The notes below the pieces were generated by a model that worked only from the letters and a program-made list of their open reading frames with translations, was not told the DNA's origin and did not search any database. The position numbers were made by a program, and so were the translations under genes. This document shows positions 45,522 to 53,369 of a DNA stretch of 53,369 bases, one piece after another. Position 1 is the first letter of the stretch, and each line of letters starts with the position of its first letter. Location: contig DATDOO010000223.1 of assembly GCA_035293245.1 (NCBI GenBank), positions 1-53,369 on the forward strand, written 5' to 3'. This DNA is from Methylococcaceae bacterium. Lineage in GTDB: Bacteria; Pseudomonadota; Gammaproteobacteria; Methylococcales; Methylococcaceae.

Positions 45522-46892
45522 TTGTTACGCGCGATTTCATTTTCACTGGTCTCACTGGCGCTGCTGCTACTGCCGGAATGGTCGTGGGCGGCCGAGGAAC
45601 TGCAAAACCTGGGGCTCACGGGAACTCAGCGCGGCATTTATGCCGTGCTGATTTTCATCATCGCCTACGCCTTCGTGATGACGGAGGAATACTCGCACCT
45701 CAGGAAGTCCAAGCCGGTCATCCTCGCGGCGGGGATCATCTGGGCGCACGTCGCCTGGCTGGCGCAGATCAACGACGTGCCGGGCGAGCAGGTGCACGCG
45801 GCGTTCAAGCACAATCTGGAAGAATACGCCGAACTGTTCCTGTTCCTGCTGGTGGCCATGACCTACATCAACGCCATGGCGGAACGCAACGTTTTCGAGG
45901 CGTTGCGCTGCTGGCTCATCAGCCGCCGCTTCGGTTACCGCAAACTGTTCTGGATCACCGGCGTCATCACGTTTTTCCTTTCCTCCGTCGCGGACAACCT
46001 GACCTCCGCCCTGCTGGTGGGCGCGGTGGTGATGGCGGTGGGCGCCAATAGCCCCAAGTTCGTGGCCCTGGGCTTCATCAACCTCGTCATCGCTGCCAAT
46101 GCCGGCGGTGCGTTCAGCCCGTTCGGCGACATCACCACCCTGATGGTCTGGCAGGCCGGCAAGGCGGAGTTTTTCGATTTCTTCGAGCTGTTCATCCCCT
46201 CCGTGGTGAATTTCGTGGTGCCGGCGGCTTTCATGCATTTCGCCATTCCCGACGAGGCTCCCGCCCAAACGGACGAAGAAATGGTGCAACTGAGACCCGG
46301 CGCCTGGGTGGTGTGCGGCCTGTTTGCCGCGACCATCTTTACCGCCGTCAGCTTCAAGCAGTTCCTGCACCTGCCTCCGTTCATGGGCATGATGGTGGGG
46401 CTGTCCTTCCTGATGTTCTACGGTTACCGGATCAAGATCCTGTTCGGCAACCACGAGGACCATTTCGACATTTTCCACCGGGTGCGCGACGCGGAGTGGG
46501 ACACTTTGCTGTTCTTCTTCGGCGTGGTGTTTGCGGTGGGCGGCCTGGGCTACATCGGCTACCTGGAACTGGCTTCCAGCGCTATGTACGACGGTATGGG
46601 CGCGACGACCGCCAATATCCTCATCGGGGTGTTGTCCGCGGTGGTGGATAACATCCCGGTCATGTTCGCGGTGCTGAACATGAATCCGGACATGGACATC
46701 TATCAATGGATGCTGGTGACGCTGACCGCGGGCGTCGGCGGCTCCATGTTGTCCGTGGGTTCGGCGGCCGGGGTGGCGCTGATGGGAACGTCCCGCGGCA
46801 TGTACACCTTCTTCAGCCATCTGAAATGGACGCCGGCGGTGGTCGTGGGCTACGTCGCCAGCATTCTGACCCATTACCTGATCAACGGCTGA
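45522..46892 (+). CDS. nhaD: NhaD-family Na+/H+ antiporter
   Basis: The N-terminal signal-like LLRAISFSLVSLALLLLPEWSWA is followed by GIYAVLIFIIAYAFVMTEEYSHLRKSKPVILAAGIIWAHV... and FFLSSVADNLTSALLVG, typical of NhaD. The start is uncertain: TTG 45522 has a GAAGAGG 8 nt upstream, and the ORF track extends to 45180. Confidence 0.8.
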   Translation: MLRAISFSLVSLALLLLPEWSWAAEELQNLGLTGTQRGIYAVLIFIIAYAFVMTEEYSHLRKSKPVILAAGIIWAHVAWLAQINDVPGEQVHAAFKHNLEEYAELFLFLLVAMTYINAMAERNVFEALRCWLISRRFGYRKLFWITGVITFFLSSVADNLTSALLVGAVVMAVGANSPKFVALGFINLVIAANAGGAFSPFGDITTLMVWQAGKAEFFDFFELFIPSVVNFVVPAAFMHFAIPDEAPAQTDEEMVQLRPGAWVVCGLFAATIFTAVSFKQFLHLPPFMGMMVGLSFLMFYGYRIKILFGNHEDHFDIFHRVRDAEWDTLLFFFGVVFAVGGLGYIGYLELASSAMYDGMGATTANILIGVLSAVVDNIPVMFAVLNMNPDMDIYQWMLVTLTAGVGGSMLSVGSAAGVALMGTSRGMYTFFSHLKWTPAVVVGYVASILTHYLING

Positions 46893-46920
46893 AAGGCCTG
46901 GGGCTATTTTCGGTGGATGT

Positions 46921-46952
46921 GGACGCCCGGTTCATCCGGGCGTTCGTTTTCC
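46921..46952 (+). terminator. Rho-independent terminator of nhaD
   Basis: Stem 46921-46930 / 46936-46945 (acgcccgg / ccgggcgt, extended by G-U and G-C pairs), loop ttcat, followed by GTTTTCC. Confidence 0.75.
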
Positions 46953-47086
46953 TGGGTTGCTCTGGCGGGATATGCGCGGTTGCGCTATTTTATGAGCGTT
47001 GCAAAACGAATCCGGCAGGGGAGCCGAGTGACTATCGGCCGTGAGCGGGTTCGACTGTCCACTGTATTTGGAGATGGGAAGGGCAT

Positions 47087-47401
47087 ATGTCGGAAAACAG
47101 GGTGCATTATCGTAAAAGCCTGCGCGCCTCGGGCCTGGTCGTCAGCGACGGCGAGGAGATCGGCTTCAGGTTGCAGGACTTGTCCACCAGCGGCGCCAAG
47201 GTTCTTTTCGAGAGGGATCCGGGCCTGGCGAAGCTGGATCTGGTCAAGGTGCGACTCACCGGGCTGAAAGTGGAAGGTTATGCCTCGGTAGTCTGGGTGA
47301 CGCCGCTCACCGGCGGTGATGGGGGCTATGAAGTGGGACTCAACTTCATGAGCCTGGATGGCATCGACGGCAACGCTTACCGGTATCGATTCGGGGGATA
47401 A
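47087..47401 (+). CDS. Stand-alone PilZ-domain protein (c-di-GMP receptor candidate)
   Basis: RxxxR (R-K-S-L-R in HYRKSLRAS) and DxSxxG (D-L-S-T-S-G) motifs are at the expected spacing. 104 aa. Confidence 0.7.
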   Translation: MSENRVHYRKSLRASGLVVSDGEEIGFRLQDLSTSGAKVLFERDPGLAKLDLVKVRLTGLKVEGYASVVWVTPLTGGDGGYEVGLNFMSLDGIDGNAYRYRFGG

Positions 47402-47405
47402 GTTC

Positions 47406-47819
47406 TCATTCCCCCTGCTTGAACCGATGGATCTGGCGGCGTTCCTTTTTGTTGGGGCGGTGGCCGGGATCGCCGAACAGTTCCATCTCTTCGCGCCGTT
47501 GCGCGACCCGCGCCTGGCGACGGGCGCAGCTTTCCGGCGTTTCATCGTATAACCGCGCGGCCTCGCCGGCCGGGCGCCTTTGGCGCGACAACCCGGTTAC
47601 CACGATATCCCACTCGTATTGCTCCTTGTGGATGGTAAGGCGCGCGCCCGGCGCGATTTCCTTGCCGGGTTTTACCCGTTGCCCGTTGAGATGCACCTTG
47701 CCGCCGTTGATGGCGTCGGTGGCCAGTTGGCGGGTCTTGAAGAAACGCGCCGCCCACAGCCATTTGTCGAGACGGAGGTTCTCCGCTCCTTCATTTCCCT
47801 TTCTCTCGCGATCGTTCAC
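47406..47819 (-). CDS. hslR: Ribosome-associated heat shock protein Hsp15 (S4 RNA-binding domain)
   Basis: LRLDKWLWAARFFKTRQLATDAINGGKVHLNGQRVKPGKEI...RRPAGEAARLYDET.ES...RPNKKERRQIHRFKQG is collinear with E. coli HslR. The GTG start overlaps the upstream stop codon (GTGA). Confidence 0.9.
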   Translation of the reverse strand: MNDRERKGNEGAENLRLDKWLWAARFFKTRQLATDAINGGKVHLNGQRVKPGKEIAPGARLTIHKEQYEWDIVVTGLSRQRRPAGEAARLYDETPESCARRQARVAQRREEMELFGDPGHRPNKKERRQIHRFKQGE

Positions 47820-48184
47820 GCGGGTTTTTCCGTAATCCCACCCTGATCCAGCCAGGAACTGAAGCCGCCGGCGAGACTGGTGGCGCCTTCATAACCGAGC
47901 TTGAGCAATGCATGCGTGGCCAGCGCGGAACGCCCGCCGGTCTGGCAATACACCAGAATCGGCGCGGATTTGTCGTCCTGAAAGGCCGGGTGCGCGTCGA
48001 CCTTGAACTCCAGCACGCCGCGTGGAATGTTGACCGCGCCGGGCAGGTGGCCCGCGGCATATTCCGCCGGCTCGCGCACGTCCAGAATGCGCGCGCTCCC
48101 CAGCCATTCCCGGGCGGTTTTCGGTTCCAGTTCGCGGATGTGTTGTTTCGCTTCGGCGACAAGATCTGCAGCAGTAAGAGCCAT
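47816..48184 (-). CDS. Single-domain rhodanese-like sulfurtransferase
   Basis: ILDVREPAEYAAGHLPGAVNIPRG...ILVYCQTGGRSALA carries the active-site CxxGxR loop. The ATG was verified at 48182-48184. Confidence 0.8.
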   Translation of the reverse strand: MALTAADLVAEAKQHIRELEPKTAREWLGSARILDVREPAEYAAGHLPGAVNIPRGVLEFKVDAHPAFQDDKSAPILVYCQTGGRSALATHALLKLGYEGATSLAGGFSSWLDQGGITEKPA

Positions 48185-48218
48185 GGTCGTTCCTCCGGTG
48201 GGGTGTGTAAGGGTAAGT

Positions 48219-49748
48219 TTAGCCGCTCGCATCGCTACCGCCGGCGAACATACGGTAGGCGGGGTTGTGGGTCTCCTCGCGGCAGGCGAAGCCGGAAGCC
48301 GCGAGAAACCCGCGGAACTCCCGGCGCGCGCTTTTGGGCACTTGCGCTCCCATCAGCACGCGGCCGTAAGCCGCGCCGTGATTGCGGTAGTGAAACAGGC
48401 TGATGTTCCAGCGGCCGCCCATGGTGGAGAGAAATTCGAGCAGCGCGCCGGGGCGCTCGGGAAATTCGAAGTGGAACACCAGTTCGTCGAGCAGACGGGG
48501 CGCATGGCCGCCTACCATGTAGCGGACGTGTTCCTTGGCCAACTCGTTGTCGGTCATGTCCGTGACCTCGAATCCCTCGCAATTCAAGTGCTTGACCAGA
48601 TTTTCCCGGTCATGCCCGCCCTCGCGCGCTTCCAGGCCGACGAACACTTGGGCGCGGTCCGTATGGTAGAAACGGTAATTGAATTCGGTGACGCTGCGCC
48701 GCCCCAGCAGGCGGCAGAAGCGCAGAAAACTTCCGGGACGTTCGGGGATGGTGACCGCCAGCAGCATTTCCCGCTGCTCGCCGACCTGGGCGCGCTCAGC
48801 GACGTGGCGCAGGCGGTCGAAATTCATGTTGGCGCCGCTGTCGATGGCGATCAGCGTCCGTTCCCGCAAATCCTGGCGGGCGACATATTTTTTCAGTCCC
48901 GCGACGGCCAGGGCGCCGGCCGGTTCGGCGATGGAGCGGGTGTCGTCGAAGATGTCCTTGATGGCGGCGCAGATTTCGTCGGTGCTGACGGTCACGATTC
49001 CATCCACGCAGTGCTGGGCGATGCGGAACGGTTCCGCGCCGACCTGCTTGACCGCCACGCCGTCGGCGAACAGGCCGACCTGCTTGAGCGTAACCCGACG
49101 CTTGGCGGCCAGCGCCCGGTGCAGGCAGTCGGAATCCTCCGGCTCCACCCCGATGATCCGGGTGTCCGGGCGCACGAACTTGACGTAAGCCGCCACCCCG
49201 GCGATCAGCCCGCCGCCGCCCACCGGTACGAATATCGCGTGGATGTCGCCGGTGTGCTGGCGAAGAATCTCCATGCCGATGGTTCCCTGGCCGGCGATGA
49301 CTTCCGGGTCGTCGTAGGGGTGGACGAAGGCCAGGTTCCGTTCCCCGGCCAGTTGCAGGGCGTGCTGGCAGGCGTCGTCGTAGGAATCGCCGAACAGCAC
49401 GATCTCTGCTCCCAGATTGCGGACCGCCGAGACTTTGATGTCCGGGGTCGTGCAGGGCATGACGATTTGGGCGCGGATGCCGATCTGCCGGGCGGAGAGC
49501 GCCACGCCCTGGGCATGGTTGCCGGCGGAGGCGGCGATGACGCCTTTTCTGCGTGTGGCTTCGTCCAGGGCGGCGATCTTGTTGTACGCGCCGCGCAGCT
49601 TGAAGGAAAAAACCGGCTGCAAGTCCTCGCGCTTGAGCAAGACCGTGTTGTCAAGACGCCGCGACAAGCCGGGGACGTGGTCGAGCGGGGTTTCCACCGC
49701 CACGTCGTACACTTTGGCGCGGAGAATTTTTTCGATGTAGCGGTGCAT
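48219..49748 (-). CDS. ilvA: Biosynthetic threonine ammonia-lyase (threonine deaminase)
   Basis: LLKREDLQPVFSFKLRGAYNKIA contains the PLP-lysine motif. The length of 509 aa includes two C-terminal ACT-like regulatory repeats. Confidence 0.95.
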   Translation of the reverse strand: MHRYIEKILRAKVYDVAVETPLDHVPGLSRRLDNTVLLKREDLQPVFSFKLRGAYNKIAALDEATRRKGVIAASAGNHAQGVALSARQIGIRAQIVMPCTTPDIKVSAVRNLGAEIVLFGDSYDDACQHALQLAGERNLAFVHPYDDPEVIAGQGTIGMEILRQHTGDIHAIFVPVGGGGLIAGVAAYVKFVRPDTRIIGVEPEDSDCLHRALAAKRRVTLKQVGLFADGVAVKQVGAEPFRIAQHCVDGIVTVSTDEICAAIKDIFDDTRSIAEPAGALAVAGLKKYVARQDLRERTLIAIDSGANMNFDRLRHVAERAQVGEQREMLLAVTIPERPGSFLRFCRLLGRRSVTEFNYRFYHTDRAQVFVGLEAREGGHDRENLVKHLNCEGFEVTDMTDNELAKEHVRYMVGGHAPRLLDELVFHFEFPERPGALLEFLSTMGGRWNISLFHYRNHGAAYGRVLMGAQVPKSARREFRGFLAASGFACREETHNPAYRMFAGGSDASG

Positions 49749-49819
49749 GGAGCGCGGAAAACCTATGACAGAACCTGCGTGGGGCTTTATGCTTGGAGTT
49801 TTTCTTCGCGGAGGTAGAT

Positions 49820-50479
49820 GTGACCCAGGATGAACTGAAAAAGCGGGTGGCCGAGGCGGCCCTGGAATACGTGAAGGGACAGGGCGTGATCGGCATCGGT
49901 ACCGGATCCACCACCAACCATTTTATTGACTTGCTGGCGGACGTGAAAGGCGGCATCGAAGGCGCCGTTTCCAGTTCGGAAGGCAGCACCCAGCGTCTGA
50001 AAAAAATCGGCATCCCGGTGCTCGACCTCAACGCGGTGGGTACGCTGGACGTATACGTGGATGGCGCGGACGAAATCAATCCGCGTCTCCAACTCGTCAA
50101 GGGCGGCGGCGGGGCTCTGACGCGCGAAAAGATCATCGCCGGCGCCAGCCGGACATTCGTCTGTATCGCCGACGAATCGAAGTGCGTCGACGTGCTGGGC
50201 AAGTATCCCCTGCCCGTGGAGGTGATACCGATGGCGCGCAGCTTTGTGGCGCGCGAACTGGTGAAGTTGGGCGGCCGGCCGGCGTGGCGGGAGAATTACG
50301 TCACCGACAACGGCAACGCCATCCTGGACGTGCACAACCTGGACATCCTCCAGCCCATGGAGATGGAGAAAACCATCAACAATATCCCCGGCGTGGTGAC
50401 GGTGGGGCTGTTCGCCCTGCGCCCGGCGGACGTGGTGTTGCTGGGCGGCAAGGACGGGGTGCGCAAGCTCACCGTTTGA
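49820..50479 (+). CDS. rpiA: Ribose-5-phosphate isomerase A
   Basis: (V)[38 protein letters not shown] is collinear with E. coli RpiA MTQDELKK.... GTG 49820 is preceded by GGAGG with a 5-nt spacer. Confidence 0.93.
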   Translation: MTQDELKKRVAEAALEYVKGQGVIGIGTGSTTNHFIDLLADVKGGIEGAVSSSEGSTQRLKKIGIPVLDLNAVGTLDVYVDGADEINPRLQLVKGGGGALTREKIIAGASRTFVCIADESKCVDVLGKYPLPVEVIPMARSFVARELVKLGGRPAWRENYVTDNGNAILDVHNLDILQPMEMEKTINNIPGVVTVGLFALRPADVVLLGGKDGVRKLTV

Positions 50480-50506
50480 CGAACTGGTTCCCGAGGGGAG
50501 GGCCGG

Positions 50507-50842
50507 TCAGCCTTCCCCGAGGGGCAGTTCCATCTGGGCGTCGTTATCCAGGGCGCGGTCGATCTTGCGCTGCATGTCCATGACCTGCAGGGTGAGATTG
50601 ACCGGCAGCGGCTGCGCGGCGGCATTGCGACTCTGCGTCTGCATGAGCTCGTGGGCAATGTTCAGCGCCGCCATGACGGCGATGCGCTCGGCGCCCACAA
50701 CCCGGCCATGATCGCTGATAATGCGCATCTTGCCGTCCAGGTAGCGCGCCGCAGCCACCAGTTCTTCCCGTTCCTCCTCCTCGCAGGAGATGCGGTATTC
50801 CTTGCCGAGGATGTCCACCCTTACCGTGGCGGTCTGGCTCAT
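50507..50842 (-). CDS. zapA: Cell division protein ZapA
   Basis: VRVDILGKEYRISCEEEEREELVAAARYLDGKMRII...GAERIAVMAALNIAHEL is the ZapA pattern. The ATG was verified at 50840-50842. Confidence 0.85.
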   Translation of the reverse strand: MSQTATVRVDILGKEYRISCEEEEREELVAAARYLDGKMRIISDHGRVVGAERIAVMAALNIAHELMQTQSRNAAAQPLPVNLTLQVMDMQRKIDRALDNDAQMELPLGEG

Positions 50843-51069
50843 GGTTCGCCGAATTCCGCAGACTTGAGGCGGGCCATGATCTCTTCGACCCGGCCGCGGG
50901 CCAAGGCGGTTTTTTCCACCAGTTGCGCCCGTTCGCGCAGCAGTTGGTCGTGCCGCTCCTGGATGGCGCGCTTCTCCTGGTGCAATTGCTCGCACAGGTG
51001 CAGCAACGCGTCGAGTTTTTCGTTCAAACGGTTCAATTCATGCTCGAAATCGGCAACATCCGCGCTCAC
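50839..51069 (-). CDS. Small coiled-coil protein upstream of zapA (ZapB-like / TIGR02449-like)
   Basis: 76 aa, all-helical heptad sequence (LNRLNEKLDALLHLCEQLHQEKRAIQERHDQLLRERAQLVEK). 4-nt overlap with zapA. Confidence 0.6.
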   Translation of the reverse strand: MSADVADFEHELNRLNEKLDALLHLCEQLHQEKRAIQERHDQLLRERAQLVEKTALARGRVEEIMARLKSAEFGEP

Positions 51070-51208
51070 GATTTTCGTTCCTAAGGATTTGTGGAAGACG
51101 GCGGGATGCTAGCATAATCCCTTCGGCCCCGTCAGTCGGGCCAGGGAAACGGATACGATCGCGGCGAACAGCCGCCCGGAAACCGGAGCACCCTGTCTGC
51201 CAGGATCG

Positions 51209-51246
51209 TTTCCCTCATCCCGACGCCCCCGGCGGGATGAGGGAAA
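51209..51246. other. Perfect 14-bp hairpin in the divergent zapB-like/pepP intergenic region, function unknown
   Basis: tttccctcatcccg (51209-51222), a 10-nt loop, then cgggatgagggaaa (51233-51246). The left arm can also partly pair with agggaaacg at 51143-51151. There is no T-tract on either strand. Confidence 0.5.
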
Positions 51247-51281
51247 CCAGGTTGCCGCGACTTTAAATTTACGTTTTACAG

Positions 51282-52595
51282 ATGATTTCACCCAGGGAAT
51301 TCCACACGCGCCGCCAGCGCTTGCTGCGGCGGATCGGCAAGAACGCGGCGGCGGTGATCGCCGGCGCGCCCGCTGCACAGCGCAATCGGGACGTGGATTT
51401 TCCCTACCGGCAAAACAGCGATTTCCATTACCTGACCGGTTTCGACGAACCGGAATCCCTGGCGTTTTTCCTTCCCGGGCGGTCCGATGGCGAATTCGTG
51501 CTGTTCTGCAGGGAATACGATCCGAAACAGGCGGTGTGGACCGGCCATCACGCCGGCCTGGAAGGGGCGCGGCGCGACCATGGCGCCGACCAGGCCCATC
51601 CCATCGGCGAGGTGGATAAACTGGCGCCCGGCCTGCTCGAAGGGCGGACGCGGATTTATTTTCCCATGGAAGCGGAGAACGATCTCCCGGCCCGGGTGCA
51701 GGGCTGGATTCGCACCCTGCGGGCCAAGGCGCGCAGCGGCGTGAAAGCCCCCGACGAGCTCGTGGCGCTGGAAAAGCCCCTGCACGAGATGCGCCTGTTC
51801 AAGAGCAAGGGCGAGATCGCCCTCATGCGCGAGGCGGCCAGGGTTTCCGTCGCCGCCCACCGGCGGGCCCTGCGCGCCTCCCGTCCGGGCATGCGCGAAT
51901 ACCAGATCGAGGCGGAACTCCTGCACGAATTCACCCTCGCGGGGCTGCGCGCGCCGGCTTATCCGAGCATCGTCGCCGCGGGCCGCAACGCCTGCGTGCT
52001 GCATTACACGGAGAACGGCGCGGAACTCAAGGACGGCGATCTCCTGCTCATCGACGCCGGCGCCGAGCATGAATACTACGCCGCCGACATCACCCGCACC
52101 TTCCCCATCAACGGCCGCTTCAGTCCGGAGCAGAGGGCCATCTACCAACTGGTGCTGGACGCGCAGGCTTCCGCCCTGGAACACATTCGTCCCGGCGCGC
52201 GCTGGAACGAACCCCACGATGCGGCCGTCCGCACCCTGACCAAGGGGCTGATCGGCCTCGGTCTCCTCAAGGGCAAACTGGACAAGCAAATCGAAAGGGA
52301 AAAGTACAAGCGCTTCTTCATGCACCGCACCGGCCACTGGCTCGGCATGGACGTGCACGACGTGGGCGACTACAAGGTGGAAGACGAGTGGCGTCTGCTG
52401 GAGCCGGGCATGACCCTGACCGTGGAGCCGGGCTTGTACATCGCCCCGGATTGCGACAAGGTGGACAAGAAATGGCGCGGCATCGGCGTGCGCATCGAGG
52501 ACGACGTCCTCGTCACGCCGGCGGGTCATGAGGTGCTGACCGCGGACGCGCCGAAAACCGTGGCGGAAATCGAAGCCTGCATGGGAACCCGATGA
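51282..52595 (+). CDS. pepP: Xaa-Pro aminopeptidase (aminopeptidase P)
   Basis: DFPYRQNSDFHYLTGFDEPES..., DGDLLLIDAGAE...YAADITRTFP, HRTGHWLGMDVHD and GIGVRIEDDVLVT are the M24B metal-ligand motifs. Confidence 0.93.
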   Translation: MISPREFHTRRQRLLRRIGKNAAAVIAGAPAAQRNRDVDFPYRQNSDFHYLTGFDEPESLAFFLPGRSDGEFVLFCREYDPKQAVWTGHHAGLEGARRDHGADQAHPIGEVDKLAPGLLEGRTRIYFPMEAENDLPARVQGWIRTLRAKARSGVKAPDELVALEKPLHEMRLFKSKGEIALMREAARVSVAAHRRALRASRPGMREYQIEAELLHEFTLAGLRAPAYPSIVAAGRNACVLHYTENGAELKDGDLLLIDAGAEHEYYAADITRTFPINGRFSPEQRAIYQLVLDAQASALEHIRPGARWNEPHDAAVRTLTKGLIGLGLLKGKLDKQIEREKYKRFFMHRTGHWLGMDVHDVGDYKVEDEWRLLEPGMTLTVEPGLYIAPDCDKVDKKWRGIGVRIEDDVLVTPAGHEVLTADAPKTVAEIEACMGTR

Positions 52596-53369
52596 AAACT
52601 CCCGAATACGACATCCTCATCGTCGGCGGCGGACTGGCCGGCATGTCTCTGGCGCTGGGGCTGGCCGGCTCTTCCCTGCGCGTCGCCCTGGTGGACGCGG
52701 TGGACTACGAAACGCGCCTGTCGGCCGGAGCGGGCGACCGCGCATTGGCGCTGGCCAAAGGCTCCATGCTGCTCCTGGAACGCCTGGGTGTCTGGCCGGC
52801 GGTGCTGCCTTATGCCACGCCGATCCGCCACATCCACGTTTCCGACCGGGGCCATTCCGGCAAGGTGCGCCTGCACGCGGCACGCGAGCGGGTGGACGCC
52901 CTGGGCTGGGTGGTCACCGCCCGCGACCTGGAGCGCGAAGCCTTGGCGGCCATGGAACGCACGGCGGTGGAGCGCATCGTTCCGGCACGTGTGGGCGGCC
53001 TGAAAGCGGGCATGGACGGAGTCTGCGTCACCTTGTCCCGCGATGGGAGAAGCGAATCGCTCACCGCCCGGCTGCTGGTCGGTGCGGACGGCGGGGATTC
53101 CAGCGTCCGGCGCCTGCTGGACATCGGCCAGAGTGAGCACGACTACGGCCAGGTGGCGGTCACCACCGTCGTGAAACCGGCCGTCGACCCGCAGGGCACG
53201 GCCTTCGAGCGCTTCACTCCCGAAGGGCCGCTGGCCCTGCTGCCGGTGGAGGACGGCAAGGCCGCGCTGGTGTGGACGCGCCATCCAGAGCAGGCGGAAC
53301 GGCTGATGGGCTTGCCGGAGCCGCAGTTCATCCGCGAGTTGCAGTCGGCTTTCGGCCACTGGCTGGGGG
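52592..53369 (+). CDS. ubiH: FAD-dependent ubiquinone-biosynthesis hydroxylase, UbiH-like (3' end outside window)
   Basis: This ORF is not in the track, which has no stop for it within the window. I read it directly from ATG 52592, which overlaps the pepP stop: MKTPEYDILIVGGGLAGMSLALGLAG... (GxGxxG) and ...LLVGADGGDSSVRRLL. It stays open to the window end. The pepP-ubiH order matches E. coli. Confidence 0.85.
   Translation, partial: MKTPEYDILIVGGGLAGMSLALGLAGSSLRVALVDAVDYETRLSAGAGDRALALAKGSMLLLERLGVWPAVLPYATPIRHIHVSDRGHSGKVRLHAARERVDALGWVVTARDLEREALAAMERTAVERIVPARVGGLKAGMDGVCVTLSRDGRSESLTARLLVGADGGDSSVRRLLDIGQSEHDYGQVAVTTVVKPAVDPQGTAFERFTPEGPLALLPVEDGKAALVWTRHPEQAERLMGLPEPQFIRELQSAFGHWLG

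Noticed and set aside
47040-47065. GGGTTCGACTGTCC resembling a tRNA T-loop (GGTTCGAnTCC) in the nhaD-PilZ intergenic region.
   Set aside because: The flanking bases cannot form a T-stem (gcggg versus gtcca), and I could not draw an acceptor, D or anticodon arm around it.
50480-50506. Expected ssrS (6S RNA) downstream of zapA.
   Set aside because: Only 27 nt separate zapA from the convergent rpiA, far too short for a ~180-nt 6S RNA. The 51070-51281 region showed no convincing 6S-like long closed helix with a central bubble by eye, so no ncRNA feature is called.

Overview
High-GC proteobacterial chromosomal DNA (about 60-65% G+C in hand-counted 60-nt lines). The housekeeping gene order (zapA, pepP-ubiH, hslR, ilvA, rpiA, nhaD) suggests a gammaproteobacterium; the species cannot be determined. 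nt 1-34989 is one ~35 kb, entirely plus-strand exopolysaccharide (EPS) locus of the exosortase A (XrtA) / PEP-CTERM type. In order it contains: three tandem PEP-CTERM cargo genes; a membrane-anchored spermidine-synthase-fold protein; the TPR lipoprotein PrsT; a short OPX exporter with an adjacent outer-membrane beta-barrel; a split PCP (chain-length determinant plus a P-loop kinase-like ATPase); gmd/fcl (GDP-fucose); several GT4/GT2 glycosyltransferases; a Wzx-like flippase; a secreted 875-aa beta-helix protein; a Wzy-like polymerase; a visibly lower-GC decoration cassette (glycosyltransferases, acetyltransferase, methyltransferase); an FkbM methyltransferase; a frame-disrupted DUF218 gene; an xrtA-epsI fusion; a WecA-like initiating transferase; and manC. 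Four sigma-54-type promoter candidates lie in front of cargo, prsT and export genes. nt 35011-53369 holds small housekeeping genes, a minus-strand signalling block, a PilZ protein, and conserved core genes (hslR, rhodanese, ilvA, rpiA, zapA, pepP, ubiH). The signalling block is a CTD-less CDF transporter, then a CheB-CheR-coiled-coil-PAS protein with no output domain, then a PAS-PAS-GGDEF-EAL protein. I saw no rRNA, tRNA, CRISPR array, transposase or integrase. All family calls come from motif recognition by eye on the supplied translations; no database search or folding program was run. Start codons are the least certain coordinates.
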